Under the pieces are notes generated by a model. It was not told the DNA's origin and did not search any database. It worked only from the letters and a program-made list of their open reading frames with translations. Of a stretch of 64,000 nucleotides of DNA, positions 38,871 to 51,763 are shown piece after piece (positions within the stretch are counted from its first letter, which is position 1; each line of letters opens with the position of its first letter). The position numbers were made by a program, and so were the translations under genes. This DNA comes from Octopus sinensis (taxonomy: Eukaryota), in contig NC_043014.1 in NCBI RefSeq assembly GCF_006345805.1, forward strand, positions 37,510,001 through 37,574,000, read 5' to 3'.

Positions 38871-39502
38871 TATAATGCACTAATATCTGGACATCCTTAA
38901 TACTTATTTGCTTGGTGTATTATATGTCTTATTTTATATTAATGATTTTTTAAAATATCTACTTTTCCAAGCTTGTATGGGTCAGACAGGGTTCATTATG
39001 GGTGATTTTCCATAGCCTGTTGCTCCCTTTTGTCACCTGCCTGCCAAGGCGTAGAAGTGGCTGTGTGGTAAGTAGCTTGCTTATGAACCACATGGTTCTG
39101 GGTTCAGTTCCACTGTGTGGCATCTTGGGCAAGTGTCTTCTACTATAGCCTCGGGCCGACCAAAGCCTTGAGAGTGGATTTGGTAGACAGAAACTGAAAG
39201 AACCCCATCGTATATATGTATATATATATGTGTGTGTATATGTTTGTGTGTCTGTGTTTGTCCCCCCAGCATTGCTTGACAACCAATGCTGATGTGTTTA
39301 TGTACCCGTAATTTGGTTTGGCAAAAGAGACTGATAGAATAAGTACTAGGCTTACAAAGAATAAGTCCTGGGGTTGATTTGCTCGACTAAAGGCGGTGCT
39401 CCAGCATGGCCATAGTCAAATGACTGAAACAAGTAAAAGAGTAAAAAGTGTACATATGATATCATCAGTGTTTGTGGTTGATCTAGTAGTACAAGAGTAC
39501 TT

Positions 39503-39875
39503 GGAGGCGCAATGGCCCAGTGGTTAGGGCAGCGGACTCGCGGTCATAGGATCGCGGTTTCGATTCCCAGACCGGGCGTTGTGAGTGTTATTGAGCGAAA
39601 ACACCTAAAAGCTCCACGAGGTTCCGGCAGGGGATGGTGGTGATCCCTGCTGTACTCTTTCACCACAACTTACTTCCTGTTTCTGTTGTACCTGTATTTC
39701 AAGGGGCCGGCCTTGTCGCTCTCTCTGTCATGCTGAATATCCCTGAGAACCACGTTAAGGGTGCACGTGTCTGTGGAGTGCTCAGCCACTTACACATTAA
39801 TTTCACGAGCAGGCTGTTCCGTTGATTCGGATCAACCGAAACCCTCATCATCGTAACCGACGGAGTGCTTCTCTT
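39503..39875 (+). mobile_element. tRNA-headed SINE, family C (GGAGGCGCAATGGCCCAGTGGTTAGG), 13-bp TSD
   Basis: A/B boxes in the head and TSD TACAAGAGTACTT. Relatives at about 5810-6125(-), 44900-45060(+), 53340-54090(-) and 58060-58340(+). Confidence 0.85.
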
Positions 39876-40519
39876 TACAAGAGTACTTGTGTTAGTTTTT
39901 GGATACGAAGATTAGTGTTTCCATATAACATAAAAAATATAAAGACTAATAAAACCATTTATTTACTGTATAGAATTATGCTGACATAATGATCTTGACA
40001 TACTAAAAGAAAAAAATAACTTATTACAGCTACAGCAGTATGGTGCCCTTAAAACTTATTGAGTTTTATGACGTTCGCCTCACCATTTCCTCAAAATTAA
40101 ATTTAGACCTATGACTAAACAACACACACAAAATACCCCAACAAAACTATTGAAAGAGATACTTTGATATTATGGGTGGGTCAGGAATTTCTTAAATGCT
40201 ATGAAATATTGATACATAATGAGTAGAAATGACTAAAAAAAAAAAGAAGATATTGTCTATATCTTCTTTTTTGGCGGTGAGCTGGCAGAATCGTTAGCAC
40301 GCCGGGCAAAATGCTTTGTGGTATTTCGTCTGCTGCTACGCTCTGAGTTCAAATTCTGCCGAGGTTGACTTCACCTTTCATCCTTTTGGGCTCGATAAAT
40401 TAAGTACCAATTGCGTACTTGGGATTGATTTAATCGACTGGCTCCCTCCCCAAAAAATTCAACGGCGGTGCATCAGCATGGCCACAGCTCTGAGCTGAAA
40501 CAAGAAAAAAAAAAAAATA

Positions 40520-40830
40520 GATGCAGACAATATGTGCTTAGACGGACCAAATGCCTAAAATCCAATGTTAAATGAAGAGAGATAGAATCCAGGTAGATAA
40601 GAGTTGGCTATAAGTGCTGCACTGGAAAATAAAACTCTGAATTGGTCTTTCATGGAATGTATTTACAAGAAAGGATAACAGATGGGATAGGAAATTGATA
40701 AGGTGGACACCACATCCCGAAAATAGGAGAAGGAGGAGACCATGCAGAAGGTTAGAATGCAAACTGTTAAATATCAGATGATGGAGGGTGGAGAGAACAT
40801 GCTGAGGCCTTTGTCCAGCAGTGGACTGAA
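40520..40830 (+). mobile_element. RTE-clade LINE 3' end
   Basis: WTPHPENRRRRRP and terminal EAFVQQWT* motif. Confidence 0.7.
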
Positions 40831-41441
40831 CGTGCACAAAGATGATCTGAGATGAACCACTATGCAGCACTACTCAGATTCTTTTCTTTTGTCTGTGACA
40901 TGAAAATATGAACTTAGGATATCTGCTTACTTATAAGGAATTGCTCTGAACTCTTGCTTTTCTGCTTTTCCTGTTTTTCTGCTTAATTTTTGTTTATATT
41001 CTTTATACCCACTTCAGTTTAACTATTTTATAAACCATTTGATACAATTTCCAACCTGCTGTCCATCATTTATTGTATTATACTTAGGAAATGTTAATTA
41101 ATGATTTTTACAAGGCATTTCTTATATTTTTATAGTTTATAGAAGTGTCTCAGTTGAAGTCAAGGAATTAATATTGAAAATCAAGCACTGTTTTGGAAAG
41201 ACAGTAAGATTTGTTAAGTTTTACATTTATTTTTTACCTTCTTGCATTTGAATATTTGTTTCGGAAATATTATTTCCTGAGCTACAAAAGAGAGTTTGAT
41301 GGGAATTAATTTGAAATTCCTATGGAAACGATAAATATAAACATATAAAAATGTAAAATCAGAGAGTAGTTTACTTGTGACTGGAAGAATGGTTAGGCAT
41401 TTAAAAGACATTAGCTTATGTGTGCTAATGGTTACAGGCTT

Positions 41442-41488
<47 letters not shown>

Positions 41489-41508
41489 GTGGGGGTTGTT
41501 ATTAAGCT

Positions 41509-41731
41509 TTAACTCTTTAGTATTTAAACCATATCCAGCCAAAATAGCTAATCTGTTTTATGTTCAAACTGACCAGATCCAGGCTCTCACACCTACCCTA
41601 CAATGTTATTCTACATTAAGTAATTACACCATCAAGCTCTTGAAGATATGAGATAATGCATGATTAATTCAAATCAATGGGAATCAATAGGCATTATGTT
41701 TGATTGAATAATCTGAACGCTAAAGGGTTAA
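41509..41731. mobile_element. TTAA-flanked MITE (piggyBac-type termini)
   Basis: TTAACTCTTTAG...CTAAAGGGTTAA. Relatives at about 7550-7740, 51320-52280 (split) and 54985-56250 (split). Confidence 0.65.
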
Positions 41732-41825
41732 TAATACATAGCAACTCCTAGGAGGCTGTCAACTATCAAAACTTATACTGAATCTGGTAGTTAATTTCAA
41801 TGGTTGCTTTCTCTTTTCTCTTCAG

Positions 41826-41962
41826 ATTAACTCTATGCCACTAAACCACAAGCAAAACTCACATTCTGCAATGACTGTTGTAGCTAACCAACCGATGAAA
41901 GATAACAGGAAGAGGCTTCAATCACTTGCCAATCAAGCGAACACCCAAAAAACTGTTCAGAA
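41826..41962 (+). CDS. Candidate exon of CCDC66-like gene (INSMPLNHKQ...NTQKTVQ)
   Basis: Strong acceptor TTTCTCTTTTCTCTTCAG|. Only phase 0 is open (45 codons). Donor AA|GTAGGG ends in phase 2. Confidence 0.55.
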
Positions 41963-43110
41963 GTAGGGGTGACTTTTTCATTTCTCCTTCCTGTGACTCA
42001 AGGGCATACCCTGAAACATCTTTACTACCATCTTCTCCTTTTTCTAATTAGAGTAGCCATGCATTTCCTCTACTGCAAAGATATCTGTCCCTGCTCCTCT
42101 GTCTTATTCTAACCTCCCTCTCTCTCTCTCTCTCATCATCAGATACAAAGCCACCTCCCTCATTACTGCACCCATCTCAGTTGAAGGGTGTTGCCTTGCA
42201 AGTTACTTGGTGACCTCACATGTGCTGGTGCCACATAAAAAGCACTTAGTATGCTCTGTAAAGTGGTTGGCATTAGGAATGGCATCCAGCCATGGAAACC
42301 ATGCTACAGCAGAAATTGTTCAGTTTTCTGGCTTGCCAGCTCCTGCTAAACTGTCTAGCCCATACCAGTATGGAAAATAGATATTAAATGATAATGCCCA
42401 TGCTGCTTCTGCTGCTGCTGCTGCTACTGCCGCTGCCGATTATGATGATGATGAGACATGTTCTTCTTATTTATTTTTTTCCATGCAATGTTTTTTTTGT
42501 TTTTTTTTTAGATAATCATGAATTCTGCCTTCTTGGTGACCTAGTTTATCAATGATCTTCATATCCTTTAGGTCCACCACCTCCTTGGCTATATACCTTA
42601 TTCCCAGTGCCTCCTACTGTACAGTATTACCGAAAGAATAGGCTACAATATGGAAAATACAGAGGCAATTTTAGAAAGGTGATAATAGAATTCAGTGTTA
42701 CCTTAGGACAGCTTGTTTTCATAACCCAATAGTCACTGCAGAATATCAGCTCCCATTTAAGAAACCACTGCTATGGATGAAACATTTATAGAATTTTCAA
42801 GGGAGAATAAACAGAAGCAAGTTCTTACTTTTTCCAGATTCATAAGGATATTAGGACTCACCACAGTAAACTAATCCCCTTTACTGCATTTCTTTGACTT
42901 TCACTCTCGTCTGTATCTATTGTACTTCTTGGTTTATACACATGTAAGTGGACTGGAAGCAGCAAGTATTGAATGCTTTGGCTTGGAATATTCCACGGTG
43001 CCAATGACGGGTTATGAATCATCAGTTTTGTGTCTGAGAGTTGATAACTTGATATCTGTGAGTGTGGTATAGACTGTACTCCAAATCAAGAACAAATGTA
43101 TGATTTAGAG

Positions 43111-44166
43111 CAGTGGTTCCCACCTGGGGTCTTATATGATCCTCGGAGAAGGTCTATATGATCCTTGGGCAAGGTCTATATGGCTTTCGTGGAAGGTCCA
43201 TATTGCCCTCAGGGAAGGTTCATATGGTCTTCAGGCAAGGTCCATATGGCCCTTGAGGAAGGTCCATATGGCCCTTGAGGAAGGTCCATATGGCCCTCAA
43301 GGAAGGTTAATATGGCTTTTGTGAAGGTCCATATTGCCCTCAGGGAAGGTTCATATGGTCTTCAGGCAAGGTCCATATAGCCCTCGAGCAAGGTCCATAT
43401 GGCCCTCAAGGAAGGTTAATATGGCTTTTGTGAAGGTCCATATTGCCCTTGGGCAAGGTCCATATAGCCCTCGAGCAAGGTCTATATGACCCTTGAGGAA
43501 GGTTCATATGGCCCTCGAGGAAGGTTAATATGGCTTTTGTGTAGGTCTATATTGCCCTTGAGGGAAGGTTCATATGGTCCTCGGGCAAGGTCTATATGGC
43601 CCTTGAGCAAGGTCCATATGACCCTTGAGGAAGGTCCATATGGCCCTCGTGGAAGATTAATATGGCTTTTGTGTAGGTCCATATTGCCCTTGGGGAAGGT
43701 CCATATAAAATTTTGTTAAAATTTATCTGCAATAAATAGGTTATTCTTCTACAGTACACAAAATATTTTAATTATTTTTATAGTTCCTAATAATATTTAA
43801 TTATAAAAATACTAAAGGGTTTTTTGTTACATTGAACGGCTAGGAGAGTCCATCCAAGTAAAATAGGAATCAAAGGGTTCTATAGATAGGAAATAGTTAA
43901 GAAACTGAATATAAGGTGGCGAGCTGGCAGAAATGTTAGCACGCTGGGCAAAATGCTTAGCTGTATTTCGTCTGCCGTTACGTTCTGAGTTCAAATTCCG
44001 CCTAGGTCGACTTTGCCTTTCATCCTTTCGGGGTCGATAAATTAAGTACCAGTTATGCACTGGGATCGATGTAATTGACTTCATCCCTTTGTCTGTCCTT
44101 GTTTGTCCCCTCTATGTTTAGCCCCTTGTCGGCAATAGAGAAATAGGAAATAGTTGAGAAACACTG
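43111..44166. mobile_element. hAT MITE expanded by a minisatellite, with a SINE at its right end
   Basis: CAGTGGTTCCCA start and TTGAGAAACACTG end. Flanks ATTTAGAG/ATTTAGAA. Confidence 0.7.
43130..43705. repeat. About 22-bp minisatellite with higher-order periodicity
   Basis: Unit GGAAGGTCCATATGGCCCTCGA. The variant GGAAGGTTAATATGGCTTTTGT recurs at 43301, 43410, 43519 and 43651. Confidence 0.92.
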
Positions 44167-45908
44167 ATTTAGAATATACAAAATACTACAACACATAAAG
44201 TACAGGTTAAAGAACAGGGTGTGTAAGACGATATATAATTGGATCTGCTTTTGGAGAGAAAGTGAGACAGACTGACAGAATGGGTAGCTTGTTGTATCTA
44301 ATTTGGTGCGTGTTCACCTAAAATGATTTTGTCTTGAAGGATAGGTCCAAAAGAAACAGTAACATAGAAGATCTAAAACTACCAGCTAACTATAACACTA
44401 ACTCTAACACTAGCCAATAGAATTCAGTCTTGTACCCATTTCAAAATAAATTTGTATTTTTAATTAAAAAAAATAATTGGCAAGAGTATAATTTTCCAGA
44501 TTTCAAACTTCATCTTTAATGTATATATATTTACTCTGTTTACTTCTATTTTATATTTAAGTTTGTTCTTTGTCTTATTCTGGGATGTGCATAGTGTAGT
44601 AGACAAGACACTGGTCATCCCAGGGCTATAGTTGGGGACGTTTAGTCAAGGTGCTGTGCAGTGGAACTGAACCCAAAACTACATGGTTGCAAGTAAGCTA
44701 CTTAACCACAGAGCCATGCCTATTACACAAAAGAGTGGCTGTGTGATAAGAAGCTTGCTTCCCAATCACACGGTTCCAGGTTCAGTCCCACTTGACAAAT
44801 GTTTGCCTTGGTTTAGAAATAAACCAAGGGAAAAGACGTTAAGAAAATTATTGCATACTTTAGTGTCTTATTTTAATGCTGTAATATTCCATTGGATTAG
44901 TGGCAGCACGTGGCTTAGTGGTTAGGGTGTTGGACTCATGATTGTGGTTTCAATTCCTGGACTGGGTGACATGTTGTGCTCTTGAGCAAAACACTTCATT
45001 TCACATTGCTCCAGTCCACTTAGCTGGTAAAAATGAGTAATCTTGCAACAGTCTGGCGTCCCCTCAAGGTGGTGAATATATATACTACAGAAACTGAGAA
45101 ACTGGCTCAAGGAGTCATTATGACTCCTCTCCTGTTCCATTGTAATGTCATCATAATTCTGTTATTCATATCACCACTGCATATTCAATCAGGTTGCTTG
45201 CTGTTTTTTTAATTCTATTATGCATGTTGTGTTTAGACATATGCTGTTGGTTGGAATAAATTAAAACTGTCTAAGTTCTAGCTTAAATCTCTTCCAGACA
45301 TTCTTCTCGACTACATAACCGATGATCATAACATAAAGATGTAAATTTTGAAAATATGTTTCATCTCTCAAGATGAGCTTAATGTCAAGCTTTGTAATTT
45401 ACTTATATCATAAGCAAGGTATAGGAGCAAAAATTAAATAGACGTAAACTACAAATTTCTATCTCACAGTAACAGAAGCACAACCAACAGCAGAATGTAT
45501 GAGAAGGTGTAACAACATTAACCGTGATCCTGTAGCAATGGGATCAACCCATTTATCTTAATCACAATATATATAAGAAAGAAAATAAGAAAAAAACCCA
45601 TAAAACTTATACATGTCATGTAACTGGTAGTTTTTAATTATTTAAATGAATATATAGTATTTGTTATATATTTATTAAGAGTTCAATACATGACACTTAA
45701 TAATTCAGAATCTTATAGTAACATCAAATTATGTCATACATTTAGATATTAATAAAATCAAATCGATTTAACAGGAAGAAAAATCATTCTCAGAAGACTA
45801 GTAATGGAAATTTGAAAAGTGAACATCCATATGCTGAATCTATTATCGTGAGTCAGTCCCAGTTGAAAGAAATATTGAAATCAGTCGGGAAAATACCTTC
45901 TTCTACAG

Positions 45909-45944
45909 TTGTAACCAAAGATAACCAGTCGCAAAATTTACCCC
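45909..45944 (+). CDS. Candidate 36-nt symmetric exon (VTKDNQSQNLP)
   Basis: CCTTCTTCTACAG| ... |GTAAGT. Phase 1 to 1, compatible with the exon at 48949. Confidence 0.5.
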
Positions 45945-46341
45945 GTAAGTCTTGAATTTTCTGCATTTTCATCTTCATTGTCTTTCTTTTATATTTTTGA
46001 AACTGGTTTCAGATATTAGAAAGAGGCCATGCTGGGGTTACCATGATGGTCTTTTCTCCTTGGAGATGGCTGGTCCTGTGTCTCCACCATCTGGGGTCCC
46101 TCTAAATGAGCACCATCATCATACAAGTGATATTGTTCATTTCCAGCCTTCTCTGGAAATATGTATCTAGCTATGAGGAAAATATTACCTTGCTTGGGAA
46201 ACAGGTGAGGGTTGGTGATAGGAAAGGCATCTGGTTATACAAAATATGTCTCAACAAATGCTGTCTGATCTATGTAAGCAATGGAAAAGTGGATGTTAAA
46301 TAATGATGATGATGGTGGTAGTGGTGACACTGATGCTGACA

Positions 46342-46372
<31 letters not shown>

Positions 46373-46550
46373 GAGTGGCTGTGTGGTAAGTAGCTTGTTT
46401 GCCAGCCACATGGTTCCGGGTTCAGTCCCACTGCGTGGCACCTTGAGCAAGTGTCTTCTACTATAGTCTCAGGCCGACCAAAGCCTTGTGAGTGGATTTA
46501 GTAGACAGAAACTGAAAGAAGCCCATCGTATATATATATATATATATATT

Positions 46551-46935
46551 TATATTATATTGAGGGTACTACTATTCGTAGATACCACACGCTAAGAGGG
46601 TGTAATGTTATGTTTTTTCTTATATTTCTTGAGTTTGTTGCACTGATGAACATGAAATGCATATTCTGCATTAAATGCGAAATCACATGTGATATGTAAC
46701 TGAATTCTTTTTTTAAAATGATGTGTTTTGAAGTTTTGCATTCGGTAAAATTTGGTTTATTTTTAGTAGTTTTGACCGCATTGGTCCCTCTTAGCGTGTG
46801 GTATCTACGAATAGTAGTACCCTCAATATAATATAAATGAATATTTTCAAAGAGGAAGAATTTACGGATTTTTTCTCTTACGAGGTTTTTCACGCTAACT
46901 ACTGATAATTTCTTTAAAGATTTTATCCTCAATTG

Positions 46936-46939
<4 letters not shown>
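46551..46939 (+). mobile_element. Short hammerhead-bearing element with a perfect 50-bp inverted duplication, inserted in the internal (TA)n of a SINE
   Basis: 46551-46600 is the exact reverse complement of 46786-46835. Flanked by (TA)n. It splits a SINE into 46372-46540 and 46975-47195. Confidence 0.7.
46637..46700 (+). ncRNA. Type I hammerhead ribozyme, canonical core intact
   Basis: Stem I GTTGCA/TGTAAC. Core CTGATGA at 46643-46649. Stem II CAT..AATGCA-TATTC-TGCATT..ATG. GAAA at 46679-46682. Stem III is the palindrome ATCACATGTGAT. Cleavage triplet AUA, predicted cut 46694/46695. Confidence 0.8.
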
Positions 46940-46988
<49 letters not shown>

Positions 46989-47204
46989 TTGTGTGTCTGT
47001 GTTTGTCCCCCTAGCATTGCTTGACAACCGATGCTGGTGTGTTTATGTCCCCGTCACTTAGTGGTTCGGCAAAAGAGACTGATAGAATAAGTACTGGGCT
47101 TACAAAGAATAAGTCCTGGGGTTGAGTTGCTCGATTAAAGGTGGTGCTCCAGCATGGCCATAGTCAACTGACTGAAACAAGTAAAAGAGTAAAGAGTATA
47201 TATA

Positions 47205-48054
47205 CGAGGTCTGATCAATAAGTAACTGGACTGTTACTGGCCATGGTAACAAAGCTAAAGCACGCAGAATGAAGCCACTTGGCAAAAATTGACCTTGAAC
47301 TCTGCTGTGCATGCACACTAAGTTTTAATGTTCTAGCTCACTTCCGCTGTTTACAGCAGTGCTTGGAAGGAAAGTGTGTAGCATGTGATTGTCACATTGA
47401 CCCTGACAAAGCAAGTTGTCACGGCGATACCTGCTCAGAGGCTTACGCAAAATGTTCAAGTGGTTCAGATGTTTCCAAGATGGCTGAAAAATATCAATAT
47501 TGATGAGTGTTCTGGGAGACCTGCAATCAGCAGAACTGAGAAGAACCTTGCAGATGTGTATGCAGCTGTGAGGGGAAATCATTGAATCATTATCCATGAG
47601 TTATTAGAGGATGTGCAGATTAGTTATGGTCCAGTCCATTACCACTGAAGATTTGGGTATGAGATGCATGTCTGCCAAGTTTATGCCCAAAATTGCTTTT
47701 CAGTTGACCAAAAAGACACTTGGGTTTCAGTTGCACAAGATCTCCCCGGTCGCGTCGAGAATGATGAAAACCTTTTGAAAACTTTGCGTAAGCTTCTGAG
47801 CAAGTACTGCCAAGCTTTTGGAAAAATTTGATGCAGATTCTCTGCTCAACTTTCTCTGTGATGGTCAGTACGAGGATCACATGCTACACATTTCTTCTAA
47901 GCACTGCTGTAAACAGCAGAAGTCAGCTAGAATGTTAAGAAACAGTGCACATGCACAGCAGATTTTAAGGTCAATCTGTGCCGAGCAGCTTGACTTTGCA
48001 TGCTTTAACTTCGTTACTATGGCAACAGTCTGGATACTTATTGATCAGACCACG
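47205..48054. mobile_element. Rearranged non-autonomous mariner
   Basis: TIRs CGAGGTCTGATCAATAAGTA / TACTTATTGATCAGACCACG with TA TSD. EQRICIKFFQKLG transposase start on the minus strand and an inverted partial copy on the plus strand. Confidence 0.85.
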
Positions 48055-48444
48055 TATATATATATATATATATATACACGCAGGAGTGGCTGTGTGGTAA
48101 GTAGCTTGCCTACCAACCACATGGTTCTGGGTTTAGTCCCACTGCGTGGCATCTTGGGCAAGTGTCTTTGCTATAGCCCCGGCCAACCAATGCCTTGTGA
48201 GTGGATTTGATAGACGGAAACTGAAAGAAGCCTGTCGTATATATGTATATATATATATATATATTATATATATATATATACACGCAGGAGTGGCTGTGTG
48301 GTAAGTAGCTTGCCTACCAACCACATGGTTCTGGGTTTAGTCCCACTGCGTGGCATCTTGGGCAAGTGTCTTTGCTATAGCCCCGGGCCAACCAATGCCT
48401 TGTGAGTGGATTTGATAGACGGAAACTGAAAGAAGCCTGTCGTA

Positions 48445-48489
<45 letters not shown>

Positions 48490-48948
48490 TTGTGTGTCTG
48501 TGTTTGTCCCCCTAGCATTGCTTGACAATCGATGCTGGTGTGTTTACGTCCCCGTTACTTAGTGGTTCGGCAAAAGAGACCGATAGAATAAATACTGGGC
48601 TTACAAAGAATAAGTCCCGGGATCGATTTGCTCGACTAAAGGTGGTTCCCAAACTATGAGTCGTGACCCACAGATGGGCCGCGAACGGAATCTTAGTGGG
48701 TTGCAAAAAGTTATAAAATTACACATTAGCTTTGATTAACTGCTGTTAATGTTTTTACTCAGTAGAGTTAAGTGGGGTCATCATAAACTGGTGTGATAAA
48801 TAGTGGGTCGCGACTCTAGAAAGTTTGGGAACCACTGCATTAAACCATTGGCATCACTATATTTAATTAGAAAATTCAGTCTCTCAACCATCAGTTGCTT
48901 TGATATCTGATCTAGTGGTTTATGAATTATATGTATTTGTATTTCCAG

Positions 48949-49003
48949 GTAGTACGGATGAAATCTCTAAGAAGCCAAGCAAAACTGATCAACAAAAACA
49001 AAG
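48949..49003 (+). CDS. Exon of CCDC66-like gene (STDEISKKPSKTDQQKQ)
   Basis: TTGTATTTCCAG| ... AAG|GTATTC. Phase 1 to 2, joining in frame to 52372. Confidence 0.6.
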
Positions 49004-49343
49004 GTATTCATTTATTAAAACTGAACAAATTACAAAATATCTTACTCCTCCATCAGCGACTGTCATCAATGGAGGGAAAGAATTGTCGGTTTCTGTTGAA
49101 ATTCAAGTAATATCAAAGGGGAGACAACTCCCGAAATTTTAAGTTAACGCTCTAGCTGTGCTGTTTTCAATTCCGAAAATGTACGCGCGCATACACACGA
49201 GCACACATATACACATACACTCACACACATGCAGGCAGATAGGCATGCACCTACAAATTTGTGGTCTTACGTCAATGCTTGAAATCAACTATACAAGCCT
49301 CCCACAGCTAACAGTGGCGAGTTATACTTACGTGTGGTTCCTA

Positions 49344-50603
49344 TTGGGTCATCCCATAAATAATGTGGTTTTTTAATACTTCTTTTATGTTTCAAAATTA
49401 AGATTGACAAAGTTCTTTTTTAATCTAAAATATACTTTCATTAATTTTTTACAATGCTCTTCCATCTATCTGGTAGACTTGCAAGGCCCTTCTTTCAAAA
49501 TTCATTTGTCTATGACGGAAAATACTCCTCCAGTATTGTTCTAACCTCGTCTTCAGAATTCATATTTTTCTGTCCAAATGATTTTGAAGACTGTGGAATA
49601 ATTGATGATCAGATGGGGCAATGTTCAGTGAATATGGTGGTAGGGGTATTGTTTCCCATTCAAACTGCTCCAGCCTTTGGAATGTCATCCTTGCTCTATG
49701 TGACCAGGCATTATCACCTTTCGTCTTGAAACCAAAGACGGTTGTTTTCTTCTAGCACTGACTTAAACCACTCAAGCTGCTCACAGTAGATCTCCTTTGT
49801 TATCGTTTGGTTTGAGTTTAAAAGTTCAAAGTGGACTAAACCTTTAATATCTCACTAAACAGATAACAACACCTTACATGGGTGAAGACCTCCTTTAGCC
49901 TGGGGTGCCGGTGTTTCTCCTTTCCCTACCCTTTGTTTTCAGTGCTTGACATATTTATAGAGAACCCATTTCTCGTCACCAGTCACTATTTGGTCCAAAA
50001 AAGGTAAAGGTTCATTCATGAGACGTGACAACAAGGAAGAGCACACATTCACTCTCTGCACGTGATTAGACTCAGAATGTTTGTGAGGAACACATTGGCC
50101 CAAATTTCTGACTTTTCCGATGGCACACAGGTGTTGATGAATGGTTGAATGACCAAATCCAAGCTGCTCTGATGGTTCCTCAACTGTTACGATAGGATTT
50201 TGTTCCACCAAGGCTTGCAGGATGTACTCGCTGAGCTCTGCAGGTCTTCCAGAATGAGTCTCATCTTCTAGACTGTAGTTTCTGTGACCCCATTGACACT
50301 GGCCTATACTTATTGTCCAATGCCCATATACTGCATTGATATTCCTCACACTTTCCATTGCATTGTTGTCTTTATTGAACTCATAAAGCAAAATATGCTG
50401 ATTATGCTCCTTTGTCACTTCCAATATAGCTTTGAAAAAAAATAACTGTTAAAATCGAACTGCACTCTTCAAAACTTGCACCAAGAATAAGTTAAAATCA
50501 CTACCTGCTTTTATAGCAAGTTGATGCAGATACTTTATCCTGTTCCCCTCTGACTTTTAGTTCATGCAATTGAAAAAATTGCATTATTTATGGGATGACC
50601 CAA
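49344..50603 (-). mobile_element. Near full-length, frameshifted mariner (Hsmar1-like) transposon
   Basis: TIR TTGGGTCATCCCATAAATAAT at both ends with TA TSD. ORF 49939-50424 has SGRP, VPHK and IVTGDEKWV motifs. Confidence 0.92.
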
Positions 50604-51724
50604 TATATACTACTTAACCCTCTTGGGACACCCAGGCTGATTTATCGGCCCAAGTGAGAGAAGCTGAAAGGACTTTGTGGCCGATTCATCAACCTGATAG
50701 AAGAAATGTTCTTTTCTACTCTAGGCACAAGGCCCGAAATTTTGGGGGAGGGGGTCAGTCGATTACATTGCTAGCATGCAACTGGTACTTAATTTATCAA
50801 TCCTGAAAGATTGAAAGGCAAAGTCAACCTCGATGGAATTTGAACTCAGAACATAAAGGCAGACGAAATACTGCTAAGCATTTCACCCGGTGTACTAACA
50901 TTTCTGCCAGCTTGCTGCCTTTGATGGAACAAATGTTGTGAATGGTTGGTTTTGAAGTGTAATAGCTAATCAGAGATCATCTTTCAGTAGCTGTATCTCA
51001 ATAGAAAAAAAATTTTGGCCTTTTCGGCTACACATACCAAAACACCATATGTCTCAAAAGGGTTAGTGGACTGGGGCAGTCCATTATTTTTTTTGTGGTG
51101 TTGAATGAGATAAGATTGGTTTGGTTCATTGCAGGATGCTTTCAATGTCTCTGTTTACAGATTCTCTGCAAATTTGGTATGAGGCATCTAGAACATATGT
51201 GGATGATACTTAAGTGTAGAAGATGAAGGAGGAGTGGGTGTGGCTTTTATTGGAGATGATGGTACAAACCATGAAGCAGAACATAGTTGCTGTCACCTAC
51301 CAGTCTTGGAGAATCCTTTTACTCTTTAACGTTTAAACTGGCCGTATCCAGCTAAAATATTCTACCTGAGGCACAAAGGTTGCTCTTATCTTAAGGTGCA
51401 ATCAGTAACAGTCCCTCCAAGCATCAGATTATGGGAAACCATGCATATGCTCCACCCGACCTCAGGCCATAAAGGACTATGACCCTATGATTGCTCCCAG
51501 CACACATCTACTGCTTGCAACACGTCCATAAGGAAGAGGCTGTTTGAACCCACTGCTTCGTGACATGATGTTATTTCCTCTCCCTTCTGGTCTCTTGACA
51601 TGACGTCACTCCCTCTCCCTTCCGGTCACTCATCCTTCTTCCACACTGTTTTATTTTCAAACTGGTCATATTTGACCTTTCACACTTACTCTGCTAAATA
51701 ATTCTAGAAATAAACAATCAGATC

Positions 51725-51728
51725 AGCA

Positions 51729-51763
<35 letters not shown>

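Noticed and set aside
39503-39580. tRNA-like sequences at SINE heads
   Set aside because: A/B boxes are present but the cloverleaf is incomplete and continuous with SINE bodies with TSDs.
43130-43705. CRISPR-like regular repeats
   Set aside because: The units are contiguous tandem variants with no unique spacers, the context is eukaryotic, and there are no cas genes.
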